Below the pieces are notes generated by a model. That model was given only the letters and a program-made list of their open reading frames with translations, was not told the origin of the DNA and searched no databases. From positions 1,504,001 to 1,568,000 of the forward strand of contig OZ223300.1 in the NCBI GenBank assembly GCA_965140705.1: a DNA stretch of 64,000 bases, written 5' to 3'. Made by a program: the position numbers and the translations under genes. Below are positions 52,642 through 62,508 of the stretch, piece by piece. Source of the DNA: an uncultured Arcobacter sp. Its GTDB lineage: Bacteria; Campylobacterota; Campylobacteria; Campylobacterales; Arcobacteraceae. The first letter of the stretch is position 1. The number at the start of each line of letters is the position of its first letter.

Positions 52642-54144
52642 CTATTTAGCTTTTTTAGTTAATTTTTCAATTAATTTAGAACCAAATAAAGAGAAAACCA
52701 ATAAAACTAAGATAGCAATAGTAATTGGTCTTTGAAGAATATATGAAAATTCTCCACCTGATATTTGTAATGTTTGAACAAGTGAACCTTCAGCCATTTT
52801 CCCCAATAACATACCAATTACTGCTGCTGGTACTGAAAAATTGTATCTTCTAAAAACCCAACCAACTAGTGCAAATACTAAAACAGTAGCAGGTCCTGAC
52901 ATATTTCCTGTCAATCCAAATGCTCCAGCTGTTGCTAAAACTAAAACAGATGGTACAAGATAAGTCATCTTAACTTTAATAATTGAAGCTAATACTGGTA
53001 TTAATAGAAGCCCTAATATTATTAATAAAAATGCTTGTGCAAAGTTTGCAAATATAATTGCATACACAACATCCATCTGTTCTCTAATAAATTGTGGACC
53101 ACCTGTAATATTATGCATAGCAAAGGCAGCTAACATAACAGCAGTTGCACCACCCCCTGGAATACCAAGAGCTAAAAGTGTAGCCATAGAACCAGCTTCT
53201 GATGTACTATTTGCAGATTCTGAAGCAATAACTCCTTTAGGGTTTCCTTTCCCATAACTATCTGGATCTTTATCTCTTCTTTTAGTCTCTATATAAGATA
53301 AAAGATTTGATACTGATGAACCAACACCTGGAACAGCACCAATAATTACACCAATTAAACTTCCTCTTATTAAAATAACAGGATAAGAAAATGCTTTTTT
53401 AAAGCCTTTTACAATGTATGAAATTCTTACTTTTCTTTGACTTTCATCTTCAACTAAAAATTCAGATTTAACTAGTTTAAATAACTCTGAAGCTGCAAAC
53501 ATACCCATCATTGCTGGAATTACAGGAATACCGTCTGCTAAGATTTCTAAGCCCATTGTTCCTCTTAAAATACCATTATCACTAAATCCTATAGTACCAA
53601 CTAATAAACCTACAAGTCCTGCAATAAGTCCTTTTATAACATGTTTCCCTGTTAAACTAGCAATCAAAGTAAGCCCCCATAATATAACAATAAACATTTC
53701 AGAAGGACCTAGTTTTAAAACAAAAAGTGACATAGGTTTTATTAAAAAGAAAAGTAAAATATATCCTAGCAATACACCAAAAGTAGAAGAACCAAGTGCT
53801 AGACCTAATGCTTCATTATGTTCACCTTTTCTTGCCATTGGATAACCATCAAAAGAAGTAGCAATAGCTGAGGAAGTTCCTGGTATATTCATGAGTATAG
53901 CAGGAACGCCAGCTCCAAATCCACTACCTGTAAATATTGCAGTTAAAAATAACATTGCTTGTAAAAAATCCATATACATAGTCATTGGCAAGAATATCGC
54001 CATTGCCATTGATGTTTGTAATCCAGGAGTTGCACCAAAAAACAATCCAATAATAATACCAGGTATTACAACTAACCAGTATTGTGGTTCTGAAAAGAGT
54101 AGGGCAACTGCTTGTTGCGCTGAATCTAAATTAACTATATCCAT
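52642..54144 (-). CDS. tctA: tripartite tricarboxylate transporter permease TctA
   Basis: PAILMNIPGT, DGYPMARKG, ESANS, LALGIPG, many TMs. Confidence 0.92.
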   Translation of the reverse strand: MDIVNLDSAQQAVALLFSEPQYWLVVIPGIIIGLFFGATPGLQTSMAMAIFLPMTMYMDFLQAMLFLTAIFTGSGFGAGVPAILMNIPGTSSAIATSFDGYPMARKGEHNEALGLALGSSTFGVLLGYILLFFLIKPMSLFVLKLGPSEMFIVILWGLTLIASLTGKHVIKGLIAGLVGLLVGTIGFSDNGILRGTMGLEILADGIPVIPAMMGMFAASELFKLVKSEFLVEDESQRKVRISYIVKGFKKAFSYPVILIRGSLIGVIIGAVPGVGSSVSNLLSYIETKRRDKDPDSYGKGNPKGVIASESANSTSEAGSMATLLALGIPGGGATAVMLAAFAMHNITGGPQFIREQMDVVYAIIFANFAQAFLLIILGLLLIPVLASIIKVKMTYLVPSVLVLATAGAFGLTGNMSGPATVLVFALVGWVFRRYNFSVPAAVIGMLLGKMAEGSLVQTLQISGGEFSYILQRPITIAILVLLVFSLFGSKLIEKLTKKAK

Positions 54145-54152
54145 CTTTCTTC

Positions 54153-54593
54153 CTAATAATCAGTTGGTAAAAATGTCATAGGCATTGGATATGGAAGCAT
54201 CATTGAAAAGAAGTATGCAATAACAAATCCATAAACTAAACTATAACCAATTACCCATGGTAATCTTTTTTCACCATGTATATATAAAGATATGGCTAAA
54301 AATAAAACTGTTCCAAGGTCAAAACCTAAGTATTCCAATGTAAAAACATAAATAGCAAATACAACCATTATTGGAAGTACAGTAATAAAGTCATCTTTTT
54401 TTTCTAAATCTTCTTTTTGAGTAAAAAACTCAAAAATACATAAACAAAGTGTAATAGCAGCAATAGGAAGAATAAGAATCATATTTTCCAAACTACTAGA
54501 TGCATTATGCGCATCTACTGCATACCATAGTACAAAACTAGCTAAGCATAGAATTACTATGCTATTAGCTATTTTTTCTTTTGTTAAAATCAT
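54153..54593 (-). CDS. tctB: tripartite tricarboxylate transporter small subunit TctB
   Basis: Four TMs, Y...LEYLGF, F...L..PMP; lies between tctC and tctA. Confidence 0.85.
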   Translation of the reverse strand: MILTKEKIANSIVILCLASFVLWYAVDAHNASSSLENMILILPIAAITLCLCIFEFFTQKEDLEKKDDFITVLPIMVVFAIYVFTLEYLGFDLGTVLFLAISLYIHGEKRLPWVIGYSLVYGFVIAYFFSMMLPYPMPMTFLPTDY

Positions 54594-54602
54594 TTTATAA
54601 GC

Positions 54603-55601
54603 CTATTCGTTTAATAAGTAACCATATTTTTTGAAGAATTGATATGACTCATCTATTAATTTATTTGATTCTTCAGGACCAGTCCAATCGTAACCAATTT
54701 GATTCGATTTTAAGAATTTTTGAACATCTTTATTTTCTAGAGTTCTTTTTAGTGCACCAGTTAATTCTGCATATCTTTTTGGATATTTTTCTTTAAACTC
54801 TTTTCTAACTGCAAACCCTCTCATAGAACCACTAAATACTGGAACTTTAAATCCTAAAGATTTAATTGCTTCGTTTAATGGTGGTGCATCCCATTGTTGT
54901 ACTCTATCATTTTTTAATATTGCAAGTGGTTTAATAAACTCTTTAATATTTTCGCTTCCTTGTGCAGAAATTGCTATTAAATCAACTTGTCCACCAGCGA
55001 TTGCTGTTCTTGCTTTTCCCCCACTATTGTATGTAACAAGATTTAAGTTTTCTTGAGGAATATTATATTTTTCTAGTAATAATTTTAAAATTAAATGTCC
55101 ACCTGAACCTTGAACAACAGCTGCTTTTACTGATTTTGGATGATTTTTAATTGCATTTAAAACTTCTACCATACTGTTATATTTTGAGTTTTTATTTACA
55201 GCAAATAATTCATAATCGAACCATTGAATATTAATAAAGTCAAAATCAGTCATTTTGTATTTAGCACCACCTGTCAAAATTGTAGTAGCTAGATATGGAG
55301 AAAATGTTGAAGAAAACACTGTATAACCATCTGCTGGTCTTTTTAATATATAATTAGCAGCGATTTGAGTTCCTGCACCTTTTTTGTTAATTACTTTAAC
55401 AATACCACCTAATTCATCTGATAAAAATGTTGACATTGATCTTGCCATTCTATCAGCACTTCCTCCAATACCAAATCCAACTACTAAATTTACTGGTTTA
55501 GTAGGATAATCCTTTGCTTGTGAACTTGTGCTTAAAAGTCCAAGTCCTAATATTGAAATCGCAGCAAACTTTATTGCTGACTTCATGATCCTTGTGTTCA
55601 T
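54603..55601 (-). CDS. tctC: tripartite tricarboxylate transporter substrate-binding protein (TctC/Bug), copy 1
   Basis: YPTKPVNLVVGF..GGSAD, KGAGT, PADGYT. Confidence 0.88.
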   Translation of the reverse strand: MNTRIMKSAIKFAAISILGLGLLSTSSQAKDYPTKPVNLVVGFGIGGSADRMARSMSTFLSDELGGIVKVINKKGAGTQIAANYILKRPADGYTVFSSTFSPYLATTILTGGAKYKMTDFDFINIQWFDYELFAVNKNSKYNSMVEVLNAIKNHPKSVKAAVVQGSGGHLILKLLLEKYNIPQENLNLVTYNSGGKARTAIAGGQVDLIAISAQGSENIKEFIKPLAILKNDRVQQWDAPPLNEAIKSLGFKVPVFSGSMRGFAVRKEFKEKYPKRYAELTGALKRTLENKDVQKFLKSNQIGYDWTGPEESNKLIDESYQFFKKYGYLLNE

Positions 55602-55629
55602 GCTTACTCCTTAGTTTATTTATTTTAGA

Positions 55630-55662
55630 ACTTTAACATACAAAGCTGTCATGAAACTTGCA
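55630..55662 (-). promoter_or_regulatory. 18-bp conserved box plus extended -10 (tctCBA promoter)
   Basis: Minus strand: TGCAAGTTTCATGACAGC-TTTGTATGT-TAAAGT. Confidence 0.75.
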
Positions 55663-55735
55663 AAGATACTAACTTAACTTAAAGTATTTTGCCTGTATAA
55701 TCACACTCTTAATTAAATCTACTATTACTATCGGG

Positions 55736-57937
55736 ATGATAATGTTTTATAAAAACGAGAAAAAACTAATAGATACAATTAAATATGCTCCTATACTTTT
55801 GATCATATTTTTATTTGTAATTACTACATATTTTGTAGAAAGATCAAACACCAAACAATTTAACGAAGAGACAAAAAGAATAACAAACTTTTATAGAGAT
55901 TATAATAACAATGAAATAAAAGAGATAGTTTATAAAGTAAATGAGTATATTAAATCAAAAGATAAAAATGGTTTAGATAATTTAAAAGAATCTTTAAAAT
56001 CACAAGTTTATGATGCGTATACAATAGCTGCAAAAATTTATTTAGATAATAAAAATAAAAGAACAAATAAAGAAATTCTTGAGTTGATAAAAACTACTCT
56101 AAAAAGTATTAATTATGAAGGGAAAGGTCACTATTTTATTATAAACAAAGGGCAGTTTTTGCTTCAAGCTTCAGATGAAAGAATAAAAGATACTCAAAGT
56201 TTAAAAACAATTTTAGGTTCTATAAAAGATAATAAAGAGGGGATTATTACTTACTTTAATGGTAAATATACCAATGATAAAGAACTTTCTGAAAAAATAA
56301 GTTTTTATAAAAAGTTTAAACCATTAAATATCTATATTGGAATGGGAGAATATTTAGATGATTTTGAAAATAATTTAAAAAAAGAGATTGTAACATCTAT
56401 TCAAAATGATAATTTAAATACTAAAAAGTATATTTTCTTAATAGATTCAAATGGTATTATTTTAGCAAGTAATGAGAAAAAAAGAGTTGGTAAACAAGTT
56501 AATTTAGATTTAGCATTGAAGTTAAAAAAGATGTTTGATGAAGGAGAAGGTCTTTTTAACTATGAAAAACATAGTAAAGGCGGTTCTTTCAAAAAAACTT
56601 CATTTATTAAAATATATAAAAAGTGGAATTGGATAATAGGAAGTGGATATGGAGATGATAAATTAAATAAATTAATCAAAGATGCAAATATTGAATTACA
56701 AAAAATGAATAAAAATAATTATTATAATATTTTATATTTTGGTATTTTTATTACAGTTGTTTTATTGATTATTTCAATTTTTATTAGTAATTATATAGAA
56801 GATATTCTATTAAATTATAAATTGAAAATAAAAGATGAGGAAAAAGAATTTAGAAATTTATTTGAAAATAGTAATATAGGTTTAGCCATAAGTAATAGCA
56901 CTGGTAAGTTATTAAATGTAAATTCAAAATTTTCAGAAATTTTAGGTTATGACTCTTCTGAGGAGATTGAAAATAGATTTTGGCATGAATTGTCTAATAT
57001 AAAAAAAGAAGACAAAGAATTAGAACTTTATAATAAACTTCTAGCAGAAAAAATATATAACTATAGCCTTGAAAAGATCTTTATTAATAAAAAAGATGAG
57101 AAAAGCATAGATATTTTAATTAACGCAAATTTATTTAAAGAAAATAATAAAATAAAATACATACTATTTTCAATTACTGATATTACAGAAATAAAAGAAA
57201 AAGATAATTTACTTTTTCAACAATCAAAAATGGCATCAATGGGTGAAATGATAGCAAATATAGCACATCAATGGAGACAGCCTTTAAGTATAATTAGTAC
57301 ACTATCTTCTGGTTTAAAACTTCAAAAAGAGCTTAATTCTTTGAGTGATAATTACTTCAATGAATCATTAGAATCTATAACAAAATCAACGCAATATTTA
57401 TCCCAAACAATTGATTATTTTAAAGACTTTTTTAAGCCAAGTGAAAATAAATCTAAATTTAACATAAAAGAAGTTGTAGATAAAACTTTAGTTCTTTTAT
57501 CAGCAGAATTAAAAAATAAAGAGATTGAAATAATTCAAAACATTGAAGATGTAGAATTAACATCATATGAAAACGATATAATACAAATATTTATTAATAT
57601 AGTAAATAATGCCAAAGATGCATTTGAAAGCTCACCTGTTAAGAATAAAATCATAAGTATAACTACAAGTTTTAATAAAGAAAAAAATGCGCTTATAATT
57701 TCTGTAAAAGATAGTGCAGGGGGTATTAAAAATGATATTATTGATAAAATCTTTGAACCTTATTTTACGACAAAACATAGAAATGTAGGAACTGGGATTG
57801 GATTATATATGGTTAGTCAAATTATAAACAAACATCTAAAAGGATTTATTGAGGTAAAAAATGTTAATTTTACACATCAAAATCTAGAATTAACTGGGGC
57901 AGAATTTATAGTTACTATTCCCACAAATATTAAATAA
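55736..57937 (+). CDS. sensor histidine kinase with Cache and PAS domains (no adjacent regulator)
   Basis: Two Cache-like segments (YIGMGEYLDD, WNWIIGSG), PAS (FRNLFENS.IG...ILGY), IAHQWRQPL, GTGIGLY. Confidence 0.88.
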   Translation: MIMFYKNEKKLIDTIKYAPILLIIFLFVITTYFVERSNTKQFNEETKRITNFYRDYNNNEIKEIVYKVNEYIKSKDKNGLDNLKESLKSQVYDAYTIAAKIYLDNKNKRTNKEILELIKTTLKSINYEGKGHYFIINKGQFLLQASDERIKDTQSLKTILGSIKDNKEGIITYFNGKYTNDKELSEKISFYKKFKPLNIYIGMGEYLDDFENNLKKEIVTSIQNDNLNTKKYIFLIDSNGIILASNEKKRVGKQVNLDLALKLKKMFDEGEGLFNYEKHSKGGSFKKTSFIKIYKKWNWIIGSGYGDDKLNKLIKDANIELQKMNKNNYYNILYFGIFITVVLLIISIFISNYIEDILLNYKLKIKDEEKEFRNLFENSNIGLAISNSTGKLLNVNSKFSEILGYDSSEEIENRFWHELSNIKKEDKELELYNKLLAEKIYNYSLEKIFINKKDEKSIDILINANLFKENNKIKYILFSITDITEIKEKDNLLFQQSKMASMGEMIANIAHQWRQPLSIISTLSSGLKLQKELNSLSDNYFNESLESITKSTQYLSQTIDYFKDFFKPSENKSKFNIKEVVDKTLVLLSAELKNKEIEIIQNIEDVELTSYENDIIQIFINIVNNAKDAFESSPVKNKIISITTSFNKEKNALIISVKDSAGGIKNDIIDKIFEPYFTTKHRNVGTGIGLYMVSQIINKHLKGFIEVKNVNFTHQNLELTGAEFIVTIPTNIK

Positions 57938-57947
57938 GAGGATAAAA

Positions 57948-58325
57948 ATGTTATATATTGAAAAAAGTGATAAAAGTGTACAAGAAGTAGTAGATAAAAT
58001 ACTAGAAATATGTTCAAATTATAAATTTGGAGTTCAACATATTCATAACCTAAGAGAGACTTTGATTTCAAAGGGAATAGATTTTAAGAATGATTGTCAA
58101 GTATTAGATGTATGTAATCCAAATGTTGCAAATGAGTTTTTAAGCACAGACATGAGTTTAAGCTCAATAATGCCTTGTAAAATCTCAATTTATAAAGAAG
58201 ATGGAAAAACTATGATTGCCTTAAACTCTATAGTTCAATTAGTAGATGATATAAATCCAGATTTAATTGATCTAGCACAAAAGACTCAAAAAACTATTTT
58301 AGAACTTATAAAAGAGGCTAAATAG
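57948..58325 (+). CDS. DUF302-domain protein
   Basis: FGV...H.L...L..KG, DVCNP..A, MPCKISIY. Confidence 0.85.
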   Translation: MLYIEKSDKSVQEVVDKILEICSNYKFGVQHIHNLRETLISKGIDFKNDCQVLDVCNPNVANEFLSTDMSLSSIMPCKISIYKEDGKTMIALNSIVQLVDDINPDLIDLAQKTQKTILELIKEAK

Positions 58326-58330
58326 CTTCT

Positions 58331-58720
58331 TTAATGCATTGTTTTATATAAGGCCTCATGTTTTGTGATTTCACTTTGTTGTGCTTTTCTTCTACATGAG
58401 ATAAAGCATTGCTCTCCCTTATCATTCTTATATGGATAAATAGTAGCACAGACCCAATAAAATCCACCAGATTTTGTTTTATTCTTAACAAATCCTTGCC
58501 AAACTTTATTATTTTTTACTGTTTCCCATAGGTCTTTAAATGCTGCTTTTGGCATATCTTTATGTCGTATTATATTATGTGGTTTTCCAATTAAATCATT
58601 AAGTTCATACTCTGCAATATTACAAAACTCTTCATTTGCAAAAATAATGTTTCCTCTAAAATCAGTTTCACTAACCAAAAAAGCATTATCTTTTAATACA
58701 GTTTCTTTATCTAAACCCAT
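58331..58720 (-). CDS. stand-alone PAS-domain protein (CetB/Aer-PAS-like)
   Basis: LVSETD.RG.I.FAN..F, GKPHNIIRH.DMPKAAF.DLW, KNKTKSG.FYWV. Confidence 0.88.
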   Translation of the reverse strand: MGLDKETVLKDNAFLVSETDFRGNIIFANEEFCNIAEYELNDLIGKPHNIIRHKDMPKAAFKDLWETVKNNKVWQGFVKNKTKSGGFYWVCATIYPYKNDKGEQCFISCRRKAQQSEITKHEALYKTMH

Positions 58721-58722
58721 AA

Positions 58723-61020
58723 TTAATCCCTTTTCTTAAATAAATTATCACAATGTATTTCTTTCATTTTATCTATCAATGTAAATACGTCTTTCATAGA
58801 TTCTTCTAAATTTTGTGCTACTGAAATGATTTGACCATTTTTATAATTTCCAGCGTATAAATCAGCTGAATCTTGCACCATAACATGAACTTTTTTATGT
58901 TCTTCATATAAAATTTGCCACTCTTTAGATTTTGCTAGTTGAGTATCTTTTGTAGAATTTAACCATTTACCTAAATCACATTCATTATGATTTTTAACAA
59001 TTATTCTCTCACCTCCAGAAATACATTGACTAAAGGCATCATTTTTAAAAGAAACATGGTCAGTTTTTAGTTTATTTAGTTTAAATACAAAGGCTGTATC
59101 ACAAACTCTTCTTTTTGCATTTGTATCAAAAGTTGTTGAGTCAACTGCTTCTTGTAGTTGTTTTGATAAAGATTTCGTATTAGCTGCCATTTCATTGATT
59201 TGATTAGCTAAAGATGCATTTTTTTGTGTTGCTTGATCAAGGGCATTAACTGTCTCATTTATTTGAATCATTGCAGACTCTTGTTCCTTTGTTGAAGTTG
59301 CTACTTCGTTAATTATTTTTTCAGATTGGGCAATATTCTCATTAAGATCATTAAAGCCCTCTATCATTTTAAAAGCAACTTCTTTCCCCTCTTTTGATTT
59401 TTCATTAGCACTTTCAACTAATCTTTTAATTTCATTTGCAGCTTCTGCACTTCTTGAGGCTAGATTTCTCACTTCTTGTGCAACAACAGCAAAACCTTTT
59501 CCAGCTTCTCCTGCAGTTGCTGCTTCTACTGCTGCATTCAGACTCAAAATATTTGTTTGAAATGCTATTTGGTCAATTATTGTAATTGCTTCATTTATTG
59601 TAGTTACTTCTACACTAAGTTCTTCCATAGAATCAGATGTCTTCTTAGCCAATTCAATACCTGCATTACTAGAATTAGCAACTTTAGCTGAATATTCAAG
59701 CATTTTAGAAGTATTTACATTCCCACTTTTTATTGTAGATGTTACTTCTTCAATTGCTGCAGCTGTTTCTTCTAAAGCAGCTGCTTGTTCATTTGAAGAT
59801 CTACTTAATTCAAATGAAGCACTAGAAAGTTCATCTGCACTAAAGGCTAATCTTTTAGTTGAATTATCTATTATTGAAATAACTTCATTAATAGCTGTTT
59901 GTGTAATTTTTGTCCCACCAAATAATGATGAAACAAGACCTGTTATATTAGGAATTTCTGGTATCTTATAAGTATAATTCGCTTTCGATAATTCAATTAA
60001 AGAATCAGATAGAATAATTAGATTCTTTTTTGTTGTCTCAATCATTCCATTTATTTCATCAATTAAATCATTTAATTCACTAGTTGCACCTTTTATTAAT
60101 ACTTTGTCATTAAATAATCCAACATTAACTTTTCCAATAACATCTTTAACATTGTCTATTGCTAGTTTATCTTGGATTATATTTTGTTCAACTTTTTCGA
60201 TATAAAAATTAAAGTTATTAGCGATATTACCAAGTTCATCATTTGTATGAAGTTCTATTTTAGCAGTATCATTACTGTTTGCAAGTTTTTCAACTCCGAA
60301 ATCAAGTTTTTGAATACTTTTTAATATATTATTAATAATAATAATTAAATATATAAGTGAACTTGCAAATATTATTGATAAGAGTATAGAGACTAATCGA
60401 AAAGTATTAATTATTTCAATATCTTTTTCAATTGATTTTGATAAATTATCTTTTTGTAAAGTTACAAGTTTTTCAAGATTTTCTTCAAGTGTTGCTGTAA
60501 AAGTATCAACATCTTCCATATTTTTTTCAACATCAATTGAAGAGTTTATAAACTTAGTAAAAGTTTCTTTATCTTCTTGTGATATTTCATTTGTATTTGA
60601 AAAATTTTTTATTAATTTATCTCTATTTTCAACAGCTAGTATACCACTATTGGCCATATTTTTTAAAGAATTTATATAATCATCAAAAATATTATCTATG
60701 TTTTCAAAAAGAGTAGTGCTTTTATTATCTATATTTTTCTTATGAATATCTTCCTTGATAGATTTGTATTTTTTTATGATTGATTCTATTTCTTTAAATC
60801 CATCTTTATCACCCATTAGTGAAACATCTGTACTTAATTCTTGAATATTCTTTATTAAATATTTCATTTCTTTAAACAAAGAAGTTACCTTTGTTTCTTC
60901 AATTAGTTGCTTATTAGCATTTTCTATTTTTGATAAAGATACAAATAACCCAATACCATTAAGAATAAGTACAATAGTAAATATTGCAATTAAAATATTA
61001 GATTTACTTCTAATTTTCAT
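58723..61020 (-). CDS. methyl-accepting chemotaxis protein with C-terminal CZB domain
   Basis: Two TMs, [41 protein letters not shown]...H.EC.LGKW...H..VH. Confidence 0.93.
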   Translation of the reverse strand: MKIRSKSNILIAIFTIVLILNGIGLFVSLSKIENANKQLIEETKVTSLFKEMKYLIKNIQELSTDVSLMGDKDGFKEIESIIKKYKSIKEDIHKKNIDNKSTTLFENIDNIFDDYINSLKNMANSGILAVENRDKLIKNFSNTNEISQEDKETFTKFINSSIDVEKNMEDVDTFTATLEENLEKLVTLQKDNLSKSIEKDIEIINTFRLVSILLSIIFASSLIYLIIIINNILKSIQKLDFGVEKLANSNDTAKIELHTNDELGNIANNFNFYIEKVEQNIIQDKLAIDNVKDVIGKVNVGLFNDKVLIKGATSELNDLIDEINGMIETTKKNLIILSDSLIELSKANYTYKIPEIPNITGLVSSLFGGTKITQTAINEVISIIDNSTKRLAFSADELSSASFELSRSSNEQAAALEETAAAIEEVTSTIKSGNVNTSKMLEYSAKVANSSNAGIELAKKTSDSMEELSVEVTTINEAITIIDQIAFQTNILSLNAAVEAATAGEAGKGFAVVAQEVRNLASRSAEAANEIKRLVESANEKSKEGKEVAFKMIEGFNDLNENIAQSEKIINEVATSTKEQESAMIQINETVNALDQATQKNASLANQINEMAANTKSLSKQLQEAVDSTTFDTNAKRRVCDTAFVFKLNKLKTDHVSFKNDAFSQCISGGERIIVKNHNECDLGKWLNSTKDTQLAKSKEWQILYEEHKKVHVMVQDSADLYAGNYKNGQIISVAQNLEESMKDVFTLIDKMKEIHCDNLFKKRD

Positions 61021-61112
61021 AATTCCACCTTTTAATTAAAGTGGAATTATATTAAAAATAATATAAAAATTTACATAATTATACTAATATAAAAAATTAA
61101 TTTTAAATTAAT

Positions 61113-62396
61113 TTATAAATCAATAACTTCTTTTACAATTTGAAATAAATTATTAATAGAACTAATACTTACTTTTTCATCATATGAGTGTGGATTATAG
61201 ATATTTGGTCCTATTGATGCGACTTTTAAATGTGGGAATTTTTCTTTAAAAATAGCACACTCTAATCCTGCATGAATAGCTCTAAATTCTGCTTTTTCAT
61301 TATGTTTTTTATATATTTCAAATACTTTTTGTGTAAATTCGTTTTTATCTGGTTTCCAAGCTGGATATTTACCTTTTGTTTCAACTGTAAAGTTATATTT
61401 TTCTAGTTTATCTTTTGTCTCTTTTTTTATATTATTTAATTTATCATTATCCATAGATCTAGCACTTAATTTGACAACTATTTCATTAAGTTGGGTTTTT
61501 ACAATTGCTAAGTTAATTGAAGTTTCTACTACATTTAGTTCAGTATTAAACTCTCTTACTCCATTTTCAAAATTATAAATGAAATCAATTATTTCATCGC
61601 TATATATATTAAAGTGTTCAGGTACATCTTTTACTTCTACTATGCTCATATTTTCATGGCTTATTATTGGTGGAGTTTTAGAAGCAATTATTGCTTTTGC
61701 ATTTGCAGGAATTGAATTAATTCTTTCTCCTCCATTTAAGTCTAACAATTTACCTCCACATTCTTTAATTGATTTTGCAATTAGTTTTAAGGCATTTGGT
61801 ATATTTTCATGGATATTTACACCACTATGTCCACCTCTTAGTTTTGAAATAGTTATCTCATATAATTTTAATTTCTCTTCATTAGCAATTAGTTTGTGAG
61901 TAGAGTGTTTAGATATTATATCAATACCTCCTGCACATCCTATACAAATCTCGCCTTCTTCTTCTGAATCAATATTTAACATAAAAGGAGATTTGATTTC
62001 AAGATTTATATCATTTGCTCCAATTAAACCAATCTCTTCATCAGAAGTAAAAAGATACTCTAAATCTTTATTTTCAGCCATAAGTGCTAACATATAAGAA
62101 CAACCAATTCCATTATCTGCACCTAAAGTTGAATTTTCTGCTTTAAAAAAACCATCTTCTTCTACTATTTTAGGAATAGTGTTATCTATTAAACAAACAA
62201 TATCATAATGTGATTGTAAACAAATCTTTGATTTTGAATTCTTTTTTTTACAAAGAATATTATTAACTTCATCAACGAAACACTCATAATTATATTTTAA
62301 AGCATAATTTTTTACATAATTTATAAATTCATTGTGTGTTCCACTACATCTTGGTATAGTTGTTATTTCTTTAAATATATCTAATACTAAATTCAA
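61113..62396 (-). CDS. pepD: aminoacyl-histidine dipeptidase (M20C, PepD-like)
   Basis: IPRCS, LQSHYD.V, TLGADNGIG, DEEIGLIGA, GGHSG, IHAGLEC, PHS.DE. Confidence 0.85.
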   Translation of the reverse strand: MNLVLDIFKEITTIPRCSGTHNEFINYVKNYALKYNYECFVDEVNNILCKKKNSKSKICLQSHYDIVCLIDNTIPKIVEEDGFFKAENSTLGADNGIGCSYMLALMAENKDLEYLFTSDEEIGLIGANDINLEIKSPFMLNIDSEEEGEICIGCAGGIDIISKHSTHKLIANEEKLKLYEITISKLRGGHSGVNIHENIPNALKLIAKSIKECGGKLLDLNGGERINSIPANAKAIIASKTPPIISHENMSIVEVKDVPEHFNIYSDEIIDFIYNFENGVREFNTELNVVETSINLAIVKTQLNEIVVKLSARSMDNDKLNNIKKETKDKLEKYNFTVETKGKYPAWKPDKNEFTQKVFEIYKKHNEKAEFRAIHAGLECAIFKEKFPHLKVASIGPNIYNPHSYDEKVSISSINNLFQIVKEVIDL

Positions 62397-62508
62397 ATTT
62401 ATCCTTTATTTTTTGACAATTATATCAAAAAGATTTAAATACATCATTATTATTTTATTTCTTTTTAAGATATAATAATTGTAAACATATAATTTTTTAG
62501 GAATGACT

